A DNA stretch of 62,731 nt, filler included, from Collodictyon triciliatum (Eukaryota): assembly GCA_043381765.1 (NCBI GenBank). It is 5 parts of 5 records of this genome, joined end to end, with 100 filler letters (N's around TTAATTAATTAA, not from the genome) between each part and the next. Parts side by side here need not be neighbours in the genome. Positions count along the whole stretch, not along the records: positions 1 to 18,373 come from JBHJMP010001376.1; positions 18,474 to 36,830 come from JBHJMP010001377.1; 3 more parts are not named here. One strand, given 5' to 3'. The position numbers were made by a program, and so were the translations under genes. The notes beneath the pieces are model-generated. The model ran no database searches. It was not told the origin of the DNA and worked only from the letters and a program-made list of their open reading frames with translations. Positions 15,101-31,602 of this stretch are shown one piece after another (within the stretch, counting starts at the first letter, position 1; each line of letters starts with the position of its first letter).

Positions 15101-18100
15101 ATAGTCTCCATCTCACCAAAGTCAACACCTTTTTACAATTTGATGTTTGAAACTGACAAATGCATGGACGATTTTTGGATTTCAATAGCCGATGACGCAC
15201 GCAAGAAAGAAGCAGGTTTGACGCTAATATCATGGCATAATTATTTACTTACGTTGGCAATATCAAGCATAGCTGGTTAATTTATATTTTTGAGATACGA
15301 ATAGCTTTAAAAATTGATTTTTCAATACCTTTCTTCACCCATGAGCGAATAATTGTGGAGTCTTCTTCTTGATTATGTCTCATAATGTAGAAAAATTTAT
15401 AAACACAAACCATGGTGTATACGTCTCTCCTAATGGATGCCTTTATCCTGTGTGGAATTGCACATGGCCAATGGAGGTAGTACGCTGCAATGAATGCGGT
15501 CGTGAAGATATTGGAGGTCGAAACCACCTACCTGTATGTAGTGAATCAATAGCTTTGCTGCAAAATCTAAAATTATGTCATTATTTTAGGAAATCTCTAT
15601 GGTACATATTAATCAATCGTATTTTTTTTTTTGTTGAAAAATCAATTTTTCCTTTTTGTTTTCATTGTTATTCCTGACTCTACATTTTACTTTCTTTGCG
15701 CATGAAAGCTTGCTGGTCATCGTCGTGTAGTTAAAGATGGAGACATTGCTCCTTTTCCTTATCCGTCTCCCAGGGTATTTATTTCAGAGTTGATAGAAAG
15801 AGCCCCAAAAGGATACGAAGTTCCTGTTTCAATGGCCAACAACCGAGGCTACACTGAACGAGGCCTCCCTGTCATCATTTTCCGGATTTTGCGATTTATG
15901 CTTCATTCTGCATTGTTTATCTCCAGCAGCTTCTCTGGATATTCCGTTCGCCCAAATCTTGACCCCGAATTTTTCCACAAAATGGCTCTTGGTGACTGGG
16001 TGATAATGCGAGAGGTTACGAAAAAAAGCGACGAAGACATATCCATCATCATGCACATCAGCACGACATATTTGGGGACAAAGAATCCCCAGGATTTCAG
16101 TTCTTTGGGTACCTATGAAAAAAGAACTGAGTTTGAGACATATCTGAACGATGTGATTTTGAATGAAGTTATGAAAAATCCATCCAATGTGATTTCGGAA
16201 GGACGTCGCATCATCAACAAAGTCCAGGAAATGAACGAGGGCTTCTGTGAAGACATGGAAGATCGCTTGCCATTGTCCGATATACGAGATATTCACTTCA
16301 TCCGTTCGAGTCTTCCATATCTGTTCCGCCAGAGATATCCACTCTCTATCGACATTTTCATGAACATCGCCATACGCGATTCCGTTGTCATACAGAAACA
16401 GAAAGCGTTGGCCGCCATATTGCAATATGAACGAGACATTCACTCACTCAGGTTATTTTGAAATGAAAAATCATATATCGACAGTTAATGCATATACATC
16501 TCCTTTACTCCCCCTTAAAGTAATTGCATTTTATGCTCGCATGAGGGGAACATGTAAATTTAAATAAAATCCTGACAATATAAGGGTTAGGGTTGGTCTT
16601 TTTATAATTTGATTTATGGTGTTTTGCATCACTTTCCTCTATTGAATACAGCATAATTCTTTTTAAGGTATCTCCCCTCGATGGTGAAATGGATGAAGCA
16701 TCTGCACACCTTATACGACAAAAGAATTCGCCGAGAAGATGCTCGCACTATAAAGATGGAAGAAGCTCTTCAGAGTTTGGGTGATTCGATGAATACGGGA
16801 GAAGTAAAGAAGATTTTCTCTGAATTTGCTCTGGGCTGGAATTGTATCCGAAAGACAGTGGAGGAGGAGATGCAGAAGGAGTCGGCAACCATCGAAGTTC
16901 CTGTGATGGACGAAAGCGTAAATAGATTTTTTTTTTCAGTTACCTTTTGATTCTTTTCACTTTTTTTTTTTTTTGCAATTCTATTTAGAATTTTCATTCT
17001 CACTAAAATTGCATTTCAACTAAATAATGTTAGACTCCGATTGTATTTGCTTTGACTAATCCGGGCTCCGAAGGCAAAATTCCTGCTTTCCTTATCAAGT
17101 TCCTCACCAAGATGCAAAACGATTTAATCACCACCGTCGTCCTACCTTACGTATTATTTTTCCCTTTTTACCTGCAGATTCTGTTCACTTACTTACTCTT
17201 GTATGTAGCAAAAATGACATTTTTTTTGTTTTGTTATTACCTTTGCTAGAGAAAACTTGTCTACGACGAATGCTCAATTGAGTTGTCTCTCATAACCCCA
17301 TTGGACGTCTTGAATATCGAAATTCACCACGATGGCTCCCTTGAGTTTTTGAAGATGCTGCGTTCGGCGAGTCGATTATCTTTCGAATACGGACGCGGAG
17401 TGCAAATGGACTTTGATTACGAAACACTCAACTTTTATGTCCTGTCCAGTTACTTCTTCAACAAACCTTATCTTGGCAAAAATGAGAGGCAGCCACCTTG
17501 TCTTTCGTGAGTCGCTTTTCTTCTTTCTAATTTACGTGCTCATGATATTTCGGCCCCTATGTGTTTGCCCGACAGATTTTGGTGCCTCTGTGGATGTGTA
17601 AAAACCCTTGTATTTCAATCGGGTCTCTCAATGCACATGAATTATTCTCCTTAATATAGGACGTTCCACTTTTCTAATGAAATAACCATCACTGATACGA
17701 TGGACGTGGTTGCAGCAAAGATACCTCAGCAAACATACAGCCCAGGTTCGTCTTGATGAAAGCTTAGAAATAGTTCAATACTCGGAGATAAATGTTCTGC
17801 TTTTATTGTTTTTTCCACATGCTCTATTTATTATAAGAGTTCCATTTGTAATATTTGGATGAGAAAAATAAGTAATTACATGAGTGATACTGCCGCAGAG
17901 CTTGCTCAACATGTCACCTCCGAGCTTCAGTCGCATCCTGCGCAGGTGCAGAGTTTGATGCGCCTGATGGAATATTCCATCAACTGGCTCCGCATCACAG
18001 GAGGAGACCCCGAAGTGACCATCCACACGTACTTAAGCACAAACCTGCTTGTTCCCGAAGTTCCTGATCTGCTGCTCCGCTTCCAACTCAAGCACACACA

Positions 18101-18182
18101 GGCTTTGTTCCACAGCCTATCAAAGATTGTCAACTCTGACCCCGAAAGCCGTGTGGCCCCGATATACCGACAAACACTCTCT
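167..18182 (+). CDS. RNF213: RNF213/mysterin-like giant multi-AAA+ ATPase / RZ-finger E3 ubiquitin ligase (multi-exon, 3' truncated at contig end)
   Basis: Spliced ORFs give RNF213 motifs in the correct order: TDSPGAGKT (~6060), PVIIM|GETGCGKT (7480/7641), DVHGG, VFFDEINT, IIGACNPYR, LVYLVYPIPPSM..VWDFGSL, VSLRDVHRC, ALTENLFLMIV, VGKPGSSKS, YQCSPLST..GI, VVLLDEVGLAE.SPELPLKILH, VGISNWELDAAKSNR, FGLRDFYS, SRHLMLIT, IYESLYDVLNQ, FLNRFEK, RZ finger (15417-15527). The first exon (to 788) joins 983 through a phase-1 GT-AG intron. The start codon (167 or 188) is uncertain, and an N gap lies at 2994-3408. Confidence 0.93.
2994..3408. other. Assembly gap (N run) inside the RNF213-like gene
   Basis: 415 N; reading frames are open on both sides. 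Confidence 0.99.
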
Positions 18183-18231
18183 GTTTGTCTCAGATATCTC
18201 ACTATGACACTTTGTTGCAGTGTTTTAATGA

Positions 18232-18373
18232 AAAACAACAAAAACAACAAAAACAACAAAAAAACAACAAAAACAACAAAAAACAACAAAAAACAACAAA
18301 AAACAACAAAAAACAACAAAAAACAACAAAAAACAACAAAAAACAACAAAAAACAACAAAAAACAACAAAAAA
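18232..18373. repeat. (AAAAACAAC)-type intronic microsatellite ending at a contig break
   Basis: Seen directly; follows the donor at 18183. Confidence 0.9.
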
Positions 18374-18473
18374 NNNNNNNNNNNNNNNNNNNNNNNNNNN
18401 NNNNNNNNNNNNNNNNNTTAATTAATTAANNNNNNNNNNNNNNNNNNNNNNNNNNNNNNNNNNNNNNNNNNNN
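18374..18473. other. Artificial contig-join spacer N44-TTAATTAATTAA-N44
   Basis: Exactly 100 nt with stops in all six frames; the same structure occurs four times in the window. Confidence 0.97.
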
Positions 18474-18624
18474 CGGTGTCTGTGACAGGGCGCTTGGCAC
18501 GAACAACGCGCTCTCGATCGACGTGGGGCGTGAAAAGTCCTCGATTTTCGGAGACGAAGGACGCGGGATCGGATCCAAGCTGGAGTGTTGACTGGTTGCT
18601 TCGATTGCATCGCGCTTGAGCCAT
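18474..18624 (-). CDS. 5' fragment of an unidentified gene (MAQARCNRSNQSTLQLGSDP...), runs into the join
   Basis: ATG at 18624, GC-rich open frame up to the gap, divergent from TMEM147. No recognisable motif. Confidence 0.3.
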
Positions 18625-19455
18625 AATTGAGCTTCGCACTGTCTGCCTGGGATCTTTTTCTTTCTTCGTCTTGGTGTATTGCTGTTGTTCTGCCGTTCGG
18701 TTTATTGGTTTTTGATGCAATCTTTCCTTCCTGCGCTGAGAAAGGTGATTGGAGAGTGATCGAAGGATCGGATGCAATGCCGTTGAAGTGTAATTCTGGA
18801 ATATATGATAATTACTAATTATAATGTAATCGAATGTATATAAAGTGTCTTAAATATATAATAATTTAAAAAAAATATAGATATATTGCTGCTTATAGTT
18901 ATAAAGATTTTTGGGTGGGTGGTTCTTTTCACGAACATGCAATGGCCACTGCTTCCGCATATAGAAAATCCAATGGAAACCAAGTTCGCCGTCTGAATCA
19001 AGCGAGAGATGCGGCTATGATTAAAGAAAGAAGGCCACTATGAAGCGCCTGTGTGGTTTGATCCTTTTGTATTAACTCTTTTTGTTTTTATTTTTTTTCA
19101 TTTTCTTTTCATTTTTCTTTTCATTTTTCTTCTCGTTTTCTCTTCAATTTTTTTTTTATTGTCCATATTTTCTTTTCACTTTTTTTCTTTCAAGTTTTTC
19201 TTCCCATCTCGTTTTCTTTTCATTTTCTTAGGAAAGCCATATTTGGATCAACACATTTGCTGCTGGTTGTTTTCTTACCAAAGCCCCTTCGCTAAATGAC
19301 TCGAGTCTGTCGATGCAGGGGTTTCAATCGGGCACCCAAACCCACTCATGAATGGTTCAGTGGCCTTCTCGCTTTCCGCCCAACATGCAAACGAGGAAGT
19401 ACTAATGATTCTCTTCATGTTTTATTTTGATCAAACAGGGCGTGGATTCGAAGCT

Positions 19456-21432
19456 ATGACGTTCTTTCACTTTGTCAACTGTGCAAGCCTTGCTCTGCTC
19501 CCACCTTTCATCATCTTCCGCTCGTCAGCCTTGTGAGTGCTTTATTTCAAAGGATCCGACAGAGACTCGTGAAACAGTACTGGGAAGTTACTCTCCGAGT
19601 CAGCTCAGTCCCATATGTTCTTGACTATTTTGTTTTCCTGAATACCATTTCTCTCTTATTGCAGCGATTTGAGTCTGTGAAGTCGTTTTATTTATTTATT
19701 TATTTATTTCTTTTTGCCGAGACAATCTTTTCCCTTTTCCATATCATTATTTTTGCTCTACATTATCTGGTCACAGATAATTTGTATGTTGAGTATACCC
19801 ACGTATTGTTTATGCAAATTGTATATAACGTCCTTTTCTATCGAAACAAGATCGAAATACGAGTCCTATCAGACCGTAATGTATGCTGTCATAGCTTATT
19901 TGATTACCCAAGTAGCAAAGGTGTGCTGGCAAGAATATTCGACATTTTTGTTGATTTTTTATTTAGTTTTACTGCTCCAATTAATGTTGCCGTAGATTTA
20001 GTCGCACAATAAATAAACTAAGAGCACCTGATATTCTTTCGTGGTTTATTATAATCCTCAGATGTTAATTGCTGCCAGCATTGTCCCGACCTCGGACAAC
20101 GATGACAACGAGTTTGAGCCTCTCCAGGTACCTATATAATTACGCAGTGCTCTCGTAGATAACGAGCGATTTTATATGTGTCTTTTTTTTTTATTCTTAA
20201 AATTGAAATATATTTTAATACACCCATTGTATGTTATCAATTGAGTGAAGCAACAAATATGGTTATTATTTGGTGATAATTTTATGTAAAGTACACCCTC
20301 ATCGATTATTCATAGCTCCATCTTAAAGTTCATCTATATTATCGCAACAGGAATTATTTAAGGTCATTATATCCGTTCTCGATATATACGGAATGAAGTA
20401 CGCCCTCGACAAGACGCGTCTCGAAAGTGAAGTCAAGCCTTTTGCTATTGGTCTAGGTAAGTTTCAAGTAATTCTATAAGCACGGATTATTTATGGATTA
20501 AAAACCGCCTCTATTATTGATCTAAGTATTTGGAGCAGATTATCTCCATTATTTCCTATTTTACAAAAAGCAACCAAGATTCTTCGCATAGCTCTTTCTT
20601 TTACTATTTTGTTTGTCCCCGATATATTTTGTCTTTAGTATATCATTCCATAACGAACTCGCCATCTTGTTACTATTCAGGATGGGCTGCGGCTGATGCA
20701 TTTGCAACCAAGGCTGCACCGCTCTATGTGGGTGCTCGTAGCATGGAATTTGATTGGACTTATCTCGCCATCGCTGTGGAGGCAAATATTAACATCGTAC
20801 GTATTTTCTTATTATTTCATTCAAATTATCATTATTATGTCCATCATTCATTAGAGTCTATCTAATGCTGAGTTGCCAATGTACGTTCATAGTATTGTAT
20901 ACACATGTTGTTTTTGGGTGGCATTTCCCTCCCTCTTTCTGATACACCTCATAACAATAACCTATGTTCAATTGAAGGTCGGTTTTATTTCCCTGGCTCG
21001 TCTTGTGTGGCTCTCTGGCCGCACATCCTTCGACAAGACATATCTTCCTACACTCAACGCAGCCCTCTATGGGTTTGCATGCATCCCGTTCCTCGCCAGG
21101 TTTGTGAACTGATAATTGATTCGAGAATCATCATTTTTTTTTTTGTTACTTACAAATATGCTTCACTGGGACACTATTCTCTCAAGTATTTTACTTGCAG
21201 AGATAATCTATATTTAGCAGAAAGAAGCGAGAGATAGAGGGGAGAAAATGGATATTATAAATGATTCATATTGAGGAGCTCTTCTCATATATACACTCCT
21301 AGCTTGACCAAGTGGATTTTGGGAGGATGCCCTTTCTACGGGACAGTTGTCCTCGGCCTCTTCTCCGGGGCTTACTTTGTCGTCTCTGGCAACCTGCTGG
21401 CCTTGAAGCCAAAGAGGGAACACACAGAATAA
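19456..21432 (+). CDS. TMEM147: Transmembrane protein 147 (BOS complex / multipass translocon subunit), 7 exons
   Basis: MTFFHFVNCASLALLPPFIIFRSSAL, YLITQVAK|MLIAASI, GLGWAAAD..PLYVGARSMEFDWTYL..AVEANI match TMEM147. Exons 19456-19532, 19851-19920, 20062-20127, 20351-20456, 20681-20796, 20978-21099, 21303-21432. Confidence 0.93.
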
Positions 21433-21758
21433 TTTTTGACACGGACTGCCTCTGCCTCGGGGCCACGCATATCGGCGCGGCGACTTACACTCACGCACAC
21501 AGACTCTTCAATATGTTTTTCTTTTTCTCATGCCTTTCCCCCTTCTATTCTGCGTTGCCTCTCTCTTTCTCTTTCTGCCTTGATAAAACCAAAACGAAAC
21601 CCACAGGCTGCGACAACTGGCGAACAGACAAGAAGGACGGGGCAGACAGCAACTACCGAAACGACAGCGACAAGGACAGTGCATTAAAGTCCGATGTATT
21701 TCTCTCTTTATGGCTGCAGAGACAGATTGGGCGGGTGTCTGGTCCGTGACGGCAGAGT

Positions 21759-27829
<6,071 letters not shown>

Positions 27830-29350
27830 CGTGGGCTGCAGGGATTTGGTTAAGCAGTGAGTGACGTGCTAGTCTGCTTGTTTGTTTGTTCTTCGTCTTT
27901 GTGTTGCCCAGGTTCTGTGGTTAGTGAGGCGTGGGATTCTACGGGACAAAGAGAAGACTGGCTGTCCGCCCTTAAATAACCCAGTGGCCCTTTGACCCGG
28001 CCATATTTATAATGGCATGCACCCTGGCTTGGGTGATAAGGGTCTCTGTATTATGTGTGTGTATATATATGAGCGCTTTGGTGTGGGTGTGTGAAGTGTG
28101 ATCGGGCGGCTTCTTTTGTTGTGTCCTTTCTTTGAGAGGAATTGATGGCGCGTGTGTTTGTCTGCATCGCTTCGGAATTTGACTACAGTGTCGTTTCCCG
28201 TGGATTCCTAGTGGCTTCAAAGATTATCGATTGCTATGGGTAGTGTTTGGTACATTTCCTTTCATGGGTTTATTGGTGCCGTGGCTATTTGGTATGTGGC
28301 TCGTTTGTGCTGGAATGTAACTTGTCCCTAGCATTTAAAATTATATATATCATTAATACATTAATTATATTTAATACATTATAATCTATATTTCATACAC
28401 ATTATGGTTATTAGGTAATTGATAAATAATATCCACAAATAGAAAATAGATTTCTCCTTTGCTTTTTTTAAATCGCGTCCTGAGGGTATTAATCTCCGTG
28501 CAGGGAAGAATGCAGAACGATTAGTGTGCACGGCGCCAGCATATAAGAGCCAAGGTGCCAGTGTACTACTTGCGTGTAAAAATATGCAGGAAAATGTAAT
28601 ATCAGTTATGATTATAAATTATATATGTATCAAATAAAATTTTATAAAATTATAAACTTAATGCTATCTACTTTGAAACAATTAACTATTAGCAAGGTAT
28701 CGTATAAAGGAGGGAAAATAAAATAAAATATCAGCCCGAGGAAAATGGACCATAAATTGGCTTTGGCTTGCGCAATTATAAAGAAGAAGCCATTCCATGT
28801 AAGTTTTCGTGAGTTCGTCACCCAAGTATCCAAAAAGATGAGATATACAAATGATGTAAGTTATTCTGTTATTATACCACCAAATTGAAAATAAATGCAT
28901 TGAAATCCCTGCATGTCTACCTTTTTAAGATGTTACTTGATAATTTTAATTTTGAATCAAATGGGCCTTTTCTTTCAATATAACTCCTTGCCCAAAAAAA
29001 AAACTGACAAAATACCTGAACATATTCTTACGTTTCATATTTTCATATCTATATATTATTAAATAAAAAAATACCCGAGCAATAAATCTCACGAAATTGA
29101 TGGGTTAATTTCAATTATTTTTATTTTATTTTTTTTAAAAAAAAAGGAATCTGATGGGGCTGAGGGAAAAAAGGAACACCTTCTGTCATCTTTGGATTTA
29201 GTTATAACACCTGGTCAACAAATATTGCCCAAGATAGCAGCATCGAAATGGCCACATTTAATTATTTTGCCTTGACGCCTGAAATTAGACATTTTTTTCA
29301 GGACATAATAGTTTAATATATTCGCGCTTTTTCTCTTCTGCCTTGCATAG

Positions 29351-30040
29351 GTTTGCTCGGTGGCTGTAGCAATATTAATGCGGCGATAGAAAAATTAGAT
29401 CGCATAAAAATATCCATCATCAATTTAGCATCCGTCCAAAATATGGAAACCACTCGTATAATCTCTTTACTGGATAGATACTATGGTAGAGTGGAGAATA
29501 AATCAATCAATTCACGATTTAATTCGTCATTCAATCGTTCAATATGAATATATATGTTAAATGATAAAAAAAATTTATCATGCCCGTTTATTCTTAAGCT
29601 ATCATTCCTAAATGTAGATACTTTGAATTGAATAAAGGAAATTTTTTTTCCTAAATGTAGATATTCACGATGCCTTTGCGGCTAGAAAAAACTCGGACAT
29701 AAAAGAAGAGCTAAATATACATACTCAAGATTTCTTACTGTGTGTTCTTAACAGAATATTAAGCCAAGAAGAGCGTAAGCAATTTTTTTTTTAAAAAAAA
29801 ATACACTTAATATTGTTATTGACATATTTATTAACGTTCTTAAAAAAATCATGTTTTTTTTCTTTTTCTAGATAAAATATCACGGTTATCTGATCGATAA
29901 TAATGTTCATTTAGTTTTGCCAAGCTGTAATATTGAAGGTGGCTATGAAGTTATTTTTCAACAGCTTACAAGAAGACCCGAAATGACGGATTATGCTATC
30001 GATTCGCTTTTAAAAGCTTTACTGCAAGTTTTACCAGAGA
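29351..30040 (+). CDS. Possible exons of an unidentified gene or pseudogene
   Basis: AG/GT-bounded open segments 29351-29484 and 29661-29774 are phase-compatible. A third segment, 29872-30040, is open only in a different phase. No recognisable motif. Confidence 0.25.
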
Positions 30041-30279
30041 GTGAGTATTATAGTTTTCGTATTTGCAAACGATAAAATTGCTTTCAATTGGACTGGATGC
30101 CATTCAACACGCAAACCTATTTTAACGTTGGTCCAAGATATCAAGGGGTTATGCCCGAAAAGTAAACTTATTTCCGAAACTTACTCCATGGCTCACTGTA
30201 ACAGGAGGTGTGTGGGAGATTCAAAAGATTTTTCAATTCCCCAAAGTTATCAAGCTTCTTCAGGAACCAATCTCAAGCT

Positions 30280-30577
30280 NNNNNNNNNNNNNNNNNNNNN
30301 NNNNNNNNNNNNNNNNNNNNNNNNNNNNNNNNNNNNNNNNNNNNNNNNNNNNNNNNNNNNNNNNNNNNNNNNNNNNNNNNNNNNNNNNNNNNNNNNNNNN
30401 NNNNNNNNNNNNNNNNNNNNNNNNNNNNNNNNNNNNNNNNNNNNNNNNNNNNNNNNNNNNNNNNNNNNNNNNNNNNNNNNNNNNNNNNNNNNNNNNNNNN
30501 NNNNNNNNNNNNNNNNNNNNNNNNNNNNNNNNNNNNNNNNNNNNNNNNNNNNNNNNNNNNNNNNNNNNNNNNNNNNN
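30280..30577. other. Assembly gap (N run)
   Basis: N run seen directly. Confidence 0.99.
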
Positions 30578-31602
30578 AAAAAAAATGATACTGCCCGAAT
30601 CATGCAAAAAACTAAACATCTTTACTGAACTCCTACCGACATATAAAAAGAGGTTTGGATTCCGCGTATGATTCGACTGACCCAAGATTGCCTTGAATAC
30701 AAATCGGATTACCCTGTCATCTTTTGGTCTATCTGGCCTTTGGCCCAAAACATATTTTCAGAGGACGATTTACTCCACTTTATATAAATAAAGATTGTTT
30801 GCAAAACATACTATGAAGAAGGCCACACCCCACTTTAAAGGGTTAGATTTTTTTTCCTTTTATAGTGTAACGCATATGAAGTAAGTGAACAATAAATTAT
30901 GCAGGAATACAAAAAAAAAAATATAATCGAAGAATAAGCAAATACGAGTCGGTTTAAGGAGGACAGAATACTTTCAAATTATGAGCTCTTTGCAATAAAT
31001 ATTATTTGTTCTAACAAACATTTTTTTTTTGCGTGACCAACGCCAGTATTCTGAAGAAAATCGCTATACTTTTAAAATGACATCAGGAGTGCAATGAGTC
31101 ACTATAACCCTAATATAACTTCAATAGAGCACGGCTTCGGCTTTGAATCAACCAAAATCGCACAGATATATAGGTGAAAACAATATTTATTAATTCAGAA
31201 AAACAAAGTATTATTCATACTACGAATAATGACCCGATGTCATTTTTTTTTAATTATACATGTCAAACAATCTGCTTAATTCAAATACTCTTGGATTTAC
31301 CTCCGTTCTATGGAAAGGCCTCACATTAAATGATTAGATCTCATGCGAAAAATACGTTCAAGTAAATATATAAATTGTGGTACGAAAGTCGAAACATGTC
31401 CGCGATAATCAAAGTAATTTATTCCTTGATAAACAAAATTAATACTTCATTTTATTTTTGCATCAAAAGAATTCTCGCATTCGAGCATCCCCGTCAGTAG
31501 ATGTGACGAGCCCACGAAAATATCCTGGGTTTCATCTTACAATATTTCATGATGCTCTTTCGATTTGTATGGTTAAACCTCAATAACAGAACAAATGCGT
31601 TT

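Noticed and set aside
15829-16443. 204-aa antisense ORF and similar shadow ORFs
   Set aside because: Mirror frames of real exons, with no motifs of their own.
17475-17659. Second GC-AG intron plus micro-exon in the RNF213-like gene
   Set aside because: A canonical GTGAGT donor at 17507 gives an in-frame join to 17660. It cannot be resolved without RNA data.
18418-18429. Recurring palindrome TTAATTAATTAA as a biological site
   Set aside because: Always centred between 44-N flanks, so it is an assembly linker.
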